Part shown: positions 27,060 to 35,656 of the stretch, piece after piece | Layout of the letters: each line of letters begins with the position of its first letter | Numbering within the stretch: position 1 is the stretch's first letter | From: Coriobacteriales bacterium | Lineage (GTDB): Bacteria > Actinomycetota > Coriobacteriia > Coriobacteriales > QAMH01 | Assembly: GCA_050943615.1 (NCBI GenBank) | Contig: JBMNPN010000004.1 | Coordinates: 1 to 59,010 of the forward strand | Direction of reading: 5' to 3' | Length of the DNA: 59,010 nt | Notes under the pieces: model-generated | Databases searched by the model: none | What the model was told of the DNA's origin: nothing | The model's input: only the letters and a program-made list of their open reading frames with translations | Made by a program: the position numbers and the translations under genes

Positions 27060-27254
27060 GTGCGTTTTTGGGAGGAGTCGGGTCAGGCAACGGTCGAGTA
27101 CCTGCTCATCGGCATCGTGCTCATCGCCCTCATCTGCGCCGTCGCCGCGCTCTGGCACTTCGTGGCCGATGGCGGCATGGACGAGCTCGTCAGGCTCCAG
27201 GCATCCCATGCAATCGAGAACCCGGGAGGCGTGCTCGATGCGATCCTGTTCTGA
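27060..27254 (+). CDS. Second Flp-like pilin or minor pilin (start uncertain)
   Basis: EESG/QATVEY followed by a hydrophobic helix. The only nearby in-frame start is GTG 27060; ATG 27041 is out of frame. Confidence 0.75.
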   Translation: MRFWEESGQATVEYLLIGIVLIALICAVAALWHFVADGGMDELVRLQASHAIENPGGVLDAILF

Positions 27255-27314
27255 GAGCGTGCTCGGGTGCTTGTCAGTTGCCCAGCAGATACAGGTGAGG
27301 AGGGGAGTGTGATT

Positions 27315-27785
27315 ATGGGCGTGCGCGACGAATCAGGCCAGGCATCGGTCGAGGCGGCATTTCTCCTGCCCTTGCTCTTTGCCCTGTTCGGCCTTCTGCT
27401 GCAGCCGTCGATTCTGCTCTACGACCGCTGCGTCATGAACGACGCGGCAGCTCAGGGGTGCCGTCTGCTCGCGACGGCGACCACGGGGCAGGACACGGTC
27501 AGAGACTACGTAGAGCGCAGGCTCTCCTCGATTCCCCGTCTCGCGTGCTTTCACGAGGGGACTGACTGGCAGATCGAGCTTTCCGGAGGCGAGGGGGACG
27601 ACGTGCAGACCGTCCGCATCATCAACCGTGCGCAGGCGCTGCCGCTTTTTGGGATCACCGCAGGTCTTGCAGGTCAAGTCGACAGGGGAGGGGCCATCGA
27701 GCTCGAGGTCGAGCAGAGCACCAACTGCATTCCCGCGTGGGCACGTGGGGGCGATCCAGGTACCTGGGTCGCGCATTGGAAATAG
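27315..27785 (+). CDS. tadE: TadE-like pseudopilin
   Basis: DESG/QASVEAAFLLP and NDAAAQGCR motifs. Confidence 0.85.
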   Translation: MGVRDESGQASVEAAFLLPLLFALFGLLLQPSILLYDRCVMNDAAAQGCRLLATATTGQDTVRDYVERRLSSIPRLACFHEGTDWQIELSGGEGDDVQTVRIINRAQALPLFGITAGLAGQVDRGGAIELEVEQSTNCIPAWARGGDPGTWVAHWK

Positions 27786-27803
27786 GAGAGGAGGTGGCAG
27801 ACG

Positions 27804-29894
27804 ATGAGGTTCGTAGACGATGAAGGGGGCTTCTCGACGCCCGCTGCGGCGGTCGCCCTGCTGCTGGTATTCGCGCTGCTCGCGCTCTGTGCACGGGGCA
27901 TCAGCGTGGGGACGCGCTCGGGGCAGATTCAATACGTTGCCGATGCCGGCGCGCTTGCAGCTGACAAGGTCGTTGCCGAATACGTGGCGGCAGGCCAGGT
28001 CGTCGATGCGCTGCTCCTCTCCTGCTCACTTGCCTCTGTCACCGTCTACGCCGCCTCGGCGGCCGTCTCCTTCATTCCCGGTGGTGCTCCCGTTGCGGCG
28101 CGTCTTTCCTCGGCGGGACGTTCCCTTTTGAAGACGCGCGACAAGCTCGCCAAGTCCGCAAATCAGTGCCTCGGAAAAGTGCAAGCGGCACTTCCTGCTC
28201 TTGCCGCGGTCAGGGCGGCTTCCTGCGTTCAGGCGAATGCGCAGGCAAGCGGCGTCTCCTATGTCGGATTTGCCATTACCTGCCCCTTACAGGGGGTGAA
28301 GGCAGAGATTCCCGAATCATCCGAGATGGAGGACTCCTTCGACAAGATGGACGAGCAGGAAGCCGAAGCTCAGAAGCGACGTGCACAGACTGATGCAGCT
28401 CAGAAGGACCTCGATGCCGCAAAGCTCAGGGCATGGAATATGGACTGCGGCAAGTCGGGGATGAACATGCGCGAGCGGGCGGGCCATCTCGCGGGTCTCT
28501 CACCTGCGCTCAACCCGAATTATCGAAGCGTCGAGGATTGGAGCTTCTCAGTCCCCCTGCGGCGTGTGAAGGCCTATTATCGGGCGCGTCTGGATGCAGA
28601 ACCCGGAGGCGGGTCAAGCGGCTCTCCTGAACTGGTCGGGGAAAGCGTCGCCCGCAAGGCGTTTTACCGCTATGCCCTCTCAGAGGTGTCCAAAGGCTCG
28701 GTTGGCCGGAGCGCGTCTGGTGGGGAGCGTCCCGATTTGAAAGAGCTTGCCCGCAATACCGAGGGAATCAAGCGGACGTTTCTCTACGATGAATCGACCT
28801 ATCCGGTTTCCCGTTCCTCGAAGGGAACGCTCACGTTGCACGCTTATTCCGAATGTCCCGTCTGCAAGCGTCAACAGGCCGCCGGGAAGGCCTCGGTCCA
28901 CGATATCGAGAGGGGCAAGGTGAAGCGCTGCGACCAGTGCAAGTTCTCCGTGCGCACTCTGGGGCGCGTTCCCTCGGCGTCCACGTCCATAGACAACGGA
29001 TTCGAATACTACTACCGTGCTGTCGTCGAGGCGTCGCGTGCGTACAACGCAGCACAAGACAGGCTCGCACGCGAGCGCCGAGGGCTCGAGTCTTCCAAAA
29101 AGGGGCTTGTGTCCGCTTTGAAATCCGCGCTCCAATCGGCAGGAAAGGCGCGCTTCGACCCCCAGCCCCCAGGGCGTTACGGGTGCGTGTGCATCGTCAT
29201 GTCCCCGCGCCAGCAGGTCGACAAGCTGCCGTTTCTCAAGGAACAGGGAACGCTCCCCTATCGTGTTGCCCTGTCGGGGGCAACGCTTGCGCCCGACACT
29301 TCGCAGGATGGGGCGACGGTGATCACCGATGCGGCGGCAGGACTTATTCCCGATGGGTCTGCAGGCGGTTCTCTCGCGCGCTCCGTCGTCGGGGCTTGGT
29401 CGGGAGCGCTCGATGCTTACAAAAAGGGGAATGACGGGCTGCTCGACGCCTTCGACAGGATTCTCGGCTCAGTCCCCCTCGTGGGAGACGACCTTTCCGA
29501 GTGGGCGTGCAAGTCGATTCGCGATGCGCTCGATTCAGCGGGGCTCGAGCCATGCGATATGTCTACGTACAAACCCGTGCTGGTAAACACCTCCCGTGTT
29601 ATCGAGAGAGACGAGGGAGCTGCAGCAGAGGCGCTGCGAAATCTGAAATGCTCTGCCGAGATTGCTAGCGCGGTAAAGGCAGAGGACTTCAAAAAGGCTG
29701 TCGATTTGGTGGGGGAGTGCCCGTCTCTCAAAGGCATCGCGAGCAATAAAGGGCTCGTGCTCGCGCGCATCACGCTGACGCTTTTCGGTCAGACGCTTGC
29801 AAACGGGGAGATCACGATGCCGGCGCCGCAAGACCTGCAGTCCGCATTCGAACAGGCGGCATCTGCCCTGGAAAACTGCGGAGGCGGACCATGA
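27804..29894 (+). CDS. Large TadG-like pilin-anchored protein (696 aa)
   Basis: DEGG/FST pseudopilin start, TM helix, QYVADAGALAA (TadG-like), and internal CPVC...CDQC. Confidence 0.75.
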   Translation: MRFVDDEGGFSTPAAAVALLLVFALLALCARGISVGTRSGQIQYVADAGALAADKVVAEYVAAGQVVDALLLSCSLASVTVYAASAAVSFIPGGAPVAARLSSAGRSLLKTRDKLAKSANQCLGKVQAALPALAAVRAASCVQANAQASGVSYVGFAITCPLQGVKAEIPESSEMEDSFDKMDEQEAEAQKRRAQTDAAQKDLDAAKLRAWNMDCGKSGMNMRERAGHLAGLSPALNPNYRSVEDWSFSVPLRRVKAYYRARLDAEPGGGSSGSPELVGESVARKAFYRYALSEVSKGSVGRSASGGERPDLKELARNTEGIKRTFLYDESTYPVSRSSKGTLTLHAYSECPVCKRQQAAGKASVHDIERGKVKRCDQCKFSVRTLGRVPSASTSIDNGFEYYYRAVVEASRAYNAAQDRLARERRGLESSKKGLVSALKSALQSAGKARFDPQPPGRYGCVCIVMSPRQQVDKLPFLKEQGTLPYRVALSGATLAPDTSQDGATVITDAAAGLIPDGSAGGSLARSVVGAWSGALDAYKKGNDGLLDAFDRILGSVPLVGDDLSEWACKSIRDALDSAGLEPCDMSTYKPVLVNTSRVIERDEGAAAEALRNLKCSAEIASAVKAEDFKKAVDLVGECPSLKGIASNKGLVLARITLTLFGQTLANGEITMPAPQDLQSAFEQAASALENCGGGP

Positions 29895-30349
29895 GGCAAG
29901 TGAATCTGACGGGCACATGGCGCAAAGGACCCGACGAGCGCGGCCAGATGGCCGTCGAGCTCGCCGTCATTACCCCTGTGATTCTCGTAGTGCTCGTCAT
30001 CGCACTCGACCTCTTCGTCTTCTTGGACGAGTGCGCGCGCTTCGACAACGTCGCCGCGCAGGTGCTGCTCGCCCGGGCGGGGTCTCCTGCACGCGAGCAG
30101 GTCGATGCAGACGCATGCAGTGCGGCAGCTCAGCAGGACCTGTCATCCTCGTTTTCCCATGAGGGGGAGCGCGTCGAGGTCGCACACGAGTCCGGGTCGG
30201 GGCGCACGTGTGTCTACATCTGCACGCTGCACCTCGTTCCCTGGCCTTTCACAGGAAGCAGTCTCGGTGTCTTCGGGTTCCGTGCGCCGCCCGAGCTCAC
30301 GCACTCCTGCAAGCTCGCCCTCGATGCCTACGTTCCCGGAAAGCTCTGA
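29891..30349 (+). CDS. TadE/TadF-like pseudopilin
   Basis: DERG/QMAVELAVITP followed by a hydrophobic helix; ATGA overlap with the upstream gene. Confidence 0.8.
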   Translation: MRQVNLTGTWRKGPDERGQMAVELAVITPVILVVLVIALDLFVFLDECARFDNVAAQVLLARAGSPAREQVDADACSAAAQQDLSSSFSHEGERVEVAHESGSGRTCVYICTLHLVPWPFTGSSLGVFGFRAPPELTHSCKLALDAYVPGKL

Positions 30350-30816
30350 TGCGCTCCCCGTTTCGCATGGGGCGCAAGGCAGGAGGTTTTCAGCTCATGC
30401 AAGAAAGGATGGACAATAGAGAGGCGGTACGAGTGCAAGGCAATGTGAGGACTCGATGGGCGACGTCGTTTGCGCAACGGCTTCGTGGCTTGATCGGTCG
30501 CTGCCCTGAATGGCTGGGAGACGGAGGGGTGCTCGTCATCGCACCGTGCAGTGACATCCACACCTTTGGCATGCGCCGCGACCTCGATGTCGCCTTCCTC
30601 GATGCCAGCGGGAAAGTGCTCGCGTCGTATGTGGCGGTGGGCCCGCACAGGCGCATACGATGCACCGGTGCGGTGGCAGTCCTCGAGCGGTTCTCGCTGG
30701 GAAATGGGAGAGGAGGGGCATGCTGTCTTTCCTGGGCACGTGATGCGTGGTATCGCAAGGGTGATTACGTCGTGCTCGGCGATCGCTGCGCACTCGATGC
30801 TGCTCGACGCGTATGA
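30349..30816 (+). CDS. DUF192-domain protein
   Basis: ATSFAQRLRGL, PCSDIHTFGMRRDLDVAFLD and VLE motifs. The start could be 30349, 30397 or 30409. Confidence 0.85.
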   Translation: MRSPFRMGRKAGGFQLMQERMDNREAVRVQGNVRTRWATSFAQRLRGLIGRCPEWLGDGGVLVIAPCSDIHTFGMRRDLDVAFLDASGKVLASYVAVGPHRRIRCTGAVAVLERFSLGNGRGGACCLSWARDAWYRKGDYVVLGDRCALDAARRV

Positions 30817-30918
30817 GGTTCGAGCGTGGCGATGGGGTCTGCTCGTCTGCGTTTTGCCTGATGGGGCTTTTGGGATACCATGCACCGTATCAAGTCGGGT
30901 GTCGAAAGGTACCAGAAT

Positions 30919-31563
30919 ATGAACATCATCGTGGTCGGATGCGGGCGCGTGGGGAGCCATCTTGCGACGCTTCTCTCCGAAGACGGTAATAACGTGTCGA
31001 TCATCGACAGAAACAACGATGCCTTCAAGAACCTCGGGCGCACCTTCAACGGACGCATGGTGAGGGGTATCGGCTTTGACGAGGACGTCCTGACCGACGC
31101 CGGCGTCGATGAGTGCGACGTGCTCGCCGCGGTGACTTCGAGCGACAACGCCAATCTCATGACCGCCGAGGTCGCGCGGCGTATCTTCAACGTCCCCCAT
31201 GTGATTACCCGCCTCTACGAGTCGCGTCGTGAGAAGACGTACATGCAGCTCGGGATTGATTTCTCGTGCGGGACCACGCTCGTCGCAGAGGAGATATTCG
31301 CCAAGATCCAGTCCGGGCACGGCAGCCACATCGACACCTTCGGCAACTTCGAGCTCGCCCGCTGCGCCGTCAACTTGGAAGATGACGAAACGCTCGTCTG
31401 CCAGGACCTCGAGAGCGCCTACGGTGCGCGCGTTGTGGTCATCGAGCACAACGACCAGACCGAGCTTGCCGACCGAAAGAGCGTTCTCCACGACGGGGAC
31501 GTCGCCATCATCTGCGTCCCCCGCGAGAACTACGGCGCCCTCTCGCAATTCATAAGGAGCTGA
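30919..31563 (+). CDS. trkA: TrkA/Ktr-type potassium uptake regulatory subunit (RCK)
   Basis: IIVVGCGRVG Rossmann motif, AVTSSDNAN, and an RCK_C tail. Confidence 0.92.
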   Translation: MNIIVVGCGRVGSHLATLLSEDGNNVSIIDRNNDAFKNLGRTFNGRMVRGIGFDEDVLTDAGVDECDVLAAVTSSDNANLMTAEVARRIFNVPHVITRLYESRREKTYMQLGIDFSCGTTLVAEEIFAKIQSGHGSHIDTFGNFELARCAVNLEDDETLVCQDLESAYGARVVVIEHNDQTELADRKSVLHDGDVAIICVPRENYGALSQFIRS

Positions 31564-31564
31564 G

Positions 31565-32230
31565 ATGTTCATAGTCATCACCGGCGGCAGTACGACTGCC
31601 GAATACCTCATAGGCATGATGCTCGAGCAGAACCACCGCATCGTCGTCATCGAGGAAGAACATGAGGCAGTCGAGCATCTCTCGGTCGCGCTCCCGCCCG
31701 AGGTCTTAATCGTCGAGGGAGATGGCACGGACCCCTCTGTCCAGCTCGATGCGGGCGTTGACAGCGCCGACCTTTTCATCGCGCTCATGGGACACGACGA
31801 CGCAAATCTCGTCGCCTGCGAAATCGCGATGACCGCCTTCAACGTGCCGCGCTGCATTGCGAGCGTGAACAGCCCCAAGAACAACCGCATCTTCCGCGAG
31901 GTCGGCATCGAGCCAGTTTCCTCGACTGAGCTCATCGCCCGCATGGTGGAAGAGGAGGCCATCGTCGGCGATATGCGCATGGTGTTCTCCTTGCGCGAAG
32001 GGGACATCGTCATGGTCGAGACGAAGCTTCCGACAAAGATGCGCCACCACGACGGCGTGCGCGTCGCGGACATCCCCTTCACGGAGAACACCCAGCTCAT
32101 CGCCGTGATTCGCGATGAGGACTTCGTGATGATCAACGGCGATACGGTCCTCATGCCGGGGGAGACCGTCATCGCCGCCACTAAATCCAGCACTGAAGAC
32201 CAGTTCCGCGCCGTCATGCGGCACCTGTAG
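31565..32230 (+). CDS. trkA: Second TrkA-family RCK subunit
   Basis: IVITGG, EGDGTD, DDANLVAC and IAVIRD motifs. Confidence 0.9.
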   Translation: MFIVITGGSTTAEYLIGMMLEQNHRIVVIEEEHEAVEHLSVALPPEVLIVEGDGTDPSVQLDAGVDSADLFIALMGHDDANLVACEIAMTAFNVPRCIASVNSPKNNRIFREVGIEPVSSTELIARMVEEEAIVGDMRMVFSLREGDIVMVETKLPTKMRHHDGVRVADIPFTENTQLIAVIRDEDFVMINGDTVLMPGETVIAATKSSTEDQFRAVMRHL

Positions 32231-32336
32231 GCTGGGAGTTCACCGTCGCATCAGAGGCTGGCTTTACTTCCAACCTCACTCCAACATCGCTGTCCCAGTG
32301 GCCTGTCTTGTTCCCGGGCTTGTCTTTAGCTTCGCC

Positions 32337-32462
32337 GCCCCCGGAGCCGGTCTTGCCCCCAGGTTCACGCTTCGCGTGAAAAGAAGGGCCGCTCGCTTTC
32401 GCGCTCCAAGGCGGCTTGAGCTGCTCCGCAAGGTCACCTGGGGGCAAGACCGGCTCCGGGGC
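32337..32462. repeat. Hairpin element family H1, copy 1 (26-27-bp terminal inverted arms)
   Basis: Arms GCCCCCGGAGCCGGTCTTGCCCCCAGG and CCTGGGGCAAGACCGGCTCCGGGGGC; about 70 bp is homologous to the reverse complement of 38547..38616. Confidence 0.85.
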
Positions 32463-32529
32463 TACCCTTCGATGATGAACAGGTTGCGATGCGGTTCTCC
32501 CATAGCTTCACTTAACTTTCAGCCGTAAA

Positions 32530-33058
32530 GATGCATCGAAAGGCCCCTGGTGGTCGACCACGCGGCGGGCTTCGGCGCAACTTGCATCGAGACGTCCCTA
32601 GTGGTCGACCACATGGCAGAGTTCGATGCGCTTAGCGTCTGGAAATTCGCCCATGTGAAAGGTCTCGATGCGCAATCCGCATCCAAACGTCTCTGGTGGT
32701 CGACCACGTGACAGACTTCGGCGCAACCAGCATCGAAAGGCTCCTGGTGGTCGACCACATCCGTGGGTTCGATGCGTCCCTTACCCAGCAACTCGCCCAC
32801 CTGGCAGACTTCGATGCGGAATCTGCACAGATGGTCGACCACGTGGCGGGCTTCGGCGCAACTTGCATCGAGACGTCTCTGGTGGTCGACCACGCGGCGG
32901 GCTTCGATGCACCTTCAACCCATTAGCTCGACCACGTACAGGACTTCGATGCGGAATCTGTGCCGAAACACCCATGGTGGTCGACCATGTAGCTGGGTTC
33001 GATGCGTCTTGCATCGAAAGGGTTCTGGTGGTCGACCACCTGCTGGACTTCGATGTGG
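32530..33058. repeat. Array of 11 palindromic units with core GTGGTCGACCAC (family A)
   Basis: Unit approximates GCATCGAA-N8-GTGGTCGACCAC-N9-TTCGATGC. Core spacings read by eye: 51,42,53,51,42,42,51,42,53,51. Confidence 0.92.
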
Positions 33059-33083
33059 CAGGAATGTGGGGCAGATGACATGA

Positions 33084-33118
33084 AACGGGCCGTCAGGCTG
33101 TTTGCCTGGCGGCCCGTT
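33084..33118 (-). terminator. Terminator hairpin downstream of tRNA-Gly
   Basis: AACGGGCCGTCAGGC/GCCTGGCGGCCCGTT arms, ending in TTT on the minus strand. Confidence 0.7.
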
Positions 33119-33126
33119 GAGTTCGA

Positions 33127-33201
33127 TGGAGCGGGTGACGGGACTCGAACCCGCGAATACCAGCTTGGGAAGCTGGGGCCTTACCACTTGGCAACACCCG
33201 C
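33127..33201 (-). tRNA. tRNA-Gly(CCC)
   Basis: Reverse complement is GCGGGTGTTGCCAAGTGGTAAGGCCCCAGCTTCCCAAGCTGGTATTCGCGGGTTCGAGTCCCGTCACCCGCTCCA. Confidence 0.96.
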
Positions 33202-33274
33202 GTTTGCGTGGAGCGAATTCTAGCACAAACCGCCCTGAGACTCGCAGCGCGGTAACTCGTGCCAGCAAGAAGAC

Positions 33275-34561
33275 CTAGGAAAGCAGGAGCTTCTCGATGG
33301 TTACGATGCGCGCGCACAGGGTGAAGACGCGCGCGGCCTGCTCGAGTTCTTCGAGGGGCGGCAGGCTCGGGGCGATGCGGATGTCGGCATCGTGCGGGTC
33401 CTGGTGCAGAGGCCACGTCGCACCCGCGCCCGTGAGCTTGACGCCGGCGTTCGCAGCCATTTGCACGGTCTGCTTGGCCGTGCCCTCCATGCCGACGTAG
33501 CTGATGAAGTAGCCGCCGCGCGGCTTTGTCCAGGTGCCGATGCCCGTTTCCCCGAGGTCCTCTTCGAAGATGCGCTCGACGAGCTCGAACTTGGGGCGGA
33601 GCAGTTCGGCATGCTTGGCCATGTGCTCTTCGATGCCGCGGGCGTCCTTGAGGAAGCGCACGTGGCGCAGCTGGTTGAGCTTGTCGAAGCCGATGGTCTG
33701 CACGGACATCGCCTTTGCGATGCGCGCGACGTTTGCCTCGCTGGTCACGAGTGCAGCGATGCCGGCACCCGGGAAGGTCACTTTCGATGTCGAGCAGAAC
33801 TCAAAGACCAGGTCGGGATTTCCCGCCTTCTCGCATTCGTCGAGGATGTTGAGGACGTGGTCGCGCTTATTGGGGCCGTAAAGATGATGGACGACGTAGG
33901 CGTTGTCCCAGAAGACGCGGAAGTCGGGGGCCGCCGGCTTCAGGGCCGCAAAGGCGCGCACGGTGCCGTCAGAGTAGGTATAGCCCTGCGGGTTCGAGTA
34001 CTGGGGGACGCACCAGATGCCCTTTACGGCTGGGTCGCCCTGGACGAGCTTTTTCACGGTGAACATGTCGGGCCCCTCATCGGACATCTCGATGGGGATC
34101 ATCTCGATGCCGAAGTGCTCGCAGATGCCGAAATGTCTGTCGTAGCCAGGGGAGGGGCAGAGGAACTTGACCTTTTCCTGGCGCCCCCAGGGCTCGCAGC
34201 CCGCAATGCCGTGGGTCCAGGCGCGGGCAATTGTGTCGTACATGAGGTTCAGGCTCGAGGCGCCGCCGACTATGACCTGCTCGGGACGGGCGCCGACCAT
34301 TGCACCGAGCAGCGCACGTGCTTCGGGAAGGCCGAGTAGCACGCCGTAGTTGCGGCAGTCGGTGCCATCGGATGCGGTGAGGTTGCTCTTCGAGTTGAGC
34401 ACATCGAGTATGGGAAGGCTGAGCTCGAGCTGGGCTGCGCTCGGTTTGCCACGGGCCATGTTGAGTTCTAGGTCCTTGGCTCGCCAACCGCGGTACTCTT
34501 GCTCGAGGTCGTCGTGAAGCGTGCGGAGCTCATCGATTGAGAGGTCCTGGTACTTGGTCAT
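33275..34561 (-). CDS. PLP-dependent aminotransferase, class I/II fold (putative aspartate transaminase family)
   Basis: LNMARGKP, PGYDRHF, WDNAY, STSK (PLP Lys), GGYFIS and IRIAPS motifs. Confidence 0.92.
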   Translation of the reverse strand: MTKYQDLSIDELRTLHDDLEQEYRGWRAKDLELNMARGKPSAAQLELSLPILDVLNSKSNLTASDGTDCRNYGVLLGLPEARALLGAMVGARPEQVIVGGASSLNLMYDTIARAWTHGIAGCEPWGRQEKVKFLCPSPGYDRHFGICEHFGIEMIPIEMSDEGPDMFTVKKLVQGDPAVKGIWCVPQYSNPQGYTYSDGTVRAFAALKPAAPDFRVFWDNAYVVHHLYGPNKRDHVLNILDECEKAGNPDLVFEFCSTSKVTFPGAGIAALVTSEANVARIAKAMSVQTIGFDKLNQLRHVRFLKDARGIEEHMAKHAELLRPKFELVERIFEEDLGETGIGTWTKPRGGYFISYVGMEGTAKQTVQMAANAGVKLTGAGATWPLHQDPHDADIRIAPSLPPLEELEQAARVFTLCARIVTIEKLLLS

Positions 34562-34725
34562 TTCCGCTCCTTGATACTGCTGGGATATGCTCGAAAAGCG
34601 CCTGTATTATAGCCAAATGCGCACCGAGCGTTGTTAAGGAACAGTTGCCAGTCCGCCGCGTGCCGAAGGGCAGCTTCGGTAGGTTCTTTGATGCGAGCGC
34701 AGACTGTGCGGAACATGCTTGCCCT

Positions 34726-34731
34726 TATACT
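34726..34731 (+). promoter_or_regulatory. -10 box TATACT 7 nt before ATG 34739; probable leaderless transcript
   Basis: Sequence TATACT-TACTCGC-ATG, with no Shine-Dalgarno before the ATG. Confidence 0.5.
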
Positions 34732-34738
34732 TACTCGC

Positions 34739-35656
34739 ATGCAGGCAGATTCGACTGACAATGAAAACGACACCGTAGGCAGGTCTCGTCCGGACTCTGG
34801 CGCCTCCGATACGGATGTCGTCGTCTTCGACGAGGTGGGCTTTACGTATCCCTCATCTTCGGCGACCGCATCCGGCCGCCCCGCGCTCGATGGGGTCTCG
34901 TTTCGCATCGCGCAAGGCGAGTTCTGCTGCGTGCTCGGCGCGAACGGCTCGGGAAAGTCGACGCTTGCCCACCATATCGATGCGCTTCTCACCTGCGCCT
35001 CCGGCAGGGTCGACGTGCTCGGTCTCGATGCCTCGGTTCCGGAAAACGCGAGCCGGATCAGGCAGGGCGTCGGCCTGGTCTTCCAGAACCCCGATGACCA
35101 GTCCCTCGCCCCGACCGTGGCACGTGATGTCGCGTTCGGCCCGGAGAACCTCGGGCTGAATCCCTCAGAGATCGAATCTCGCGTCTCAAAGGCGCTCATC
35201 GCAGTCGGCATCTCTGATCTGGCAGATGAAGAGGTCTCCCGCCTTTCCGGAGGCCAGCGTCAGCGGGTTGCGATTGCGGGTGCGCTCGCCCTGCAGCCGG
35301 AAATCCTCGTGCTCGATGAGCCGGCGACGATGCTCGACCCGCGGGGACGCCAAGAGCTCATGCAGCTTCTCGAGCGCCTCAACGCGCAAGGCCTCTGCAT
35401 CGTGCTCATCACGCATTTCATGGATGACATCGCATCGGCAGGACACGTGCTCGTCATGGACGGCGGCCACCTTGCGTTCGACGGCACGCCCGAAGAGCTC
35501 GTCGCCTCTCCAAAGAAGGTGGAAGAGTTCGGCCTCGAGCTGCCCTTCTCGTACCGCGTCTCCCTTGAGCTCAACAAGCGCGGTATCGAGGTGGTCCCCA
35601 CTCTCGATGTAAGAGAATTGGAGGCGGAGCTGTGCCGCTCGTATTCGACCAGGTGA
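34739..35656 (+). CDS. ecfA1: ECF transporter ATPase EcfA1
   Basis: GANGSGKST, VFQNPDDQ, LSGGQRQRVAIAG, LDEPATMLDP, ITHFMD motifs. Confidence 0.9.
   Translation: MQADSTDNENDTVGRSRPDSGASDTDVVVFDEVGFTYPSSSATASGRPALDGVSFRIAQGEFCCVLGANGSGKSTLAHHIDALLTCASGRVDVLGLDASVPENASRIRQGVGLVFQNPDDQSLAPTVARDVAFGPENLGLNPSEIESRVSKALIAVGISDLADEEVSRLSGGQRQRVAIAGALALQPEILVLDEPATMLDPRGRQELMQLLERLNAQGLCIVLITHFMDDIASAGHVLVMDGGHLAFDGTPEELVASPKKVEEFGLELPFSYRVSLELNKRGIEVVPTLDVRELEAELCRSYSTR

Noticed and set aside
32530-33058. CRISPR array interpretation of the GTGGTCGACCAC repeats
   Set aside because: The intervening sequences are homologous to each other rather than unique spacers, the period varies in a patterned way (42/51/53), the invariant part is only about 12 bp, and no cas gene is in the window.
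33127-33201. Integrated element at tRNA-Gly or tRNA-Glu
   Set aside because: No integrase was seen, and I found no duplicated tRNA 3' end (att site) in the window.
32519-33268. Peptide-repeat ORFs (VVDH.AGFDA) across the arrays, also at 38765..39384
   Set aside because: The 53-bp spacings break the frame, similar ORFs appear on both strands because the units are palindromic, and there is no RBS.
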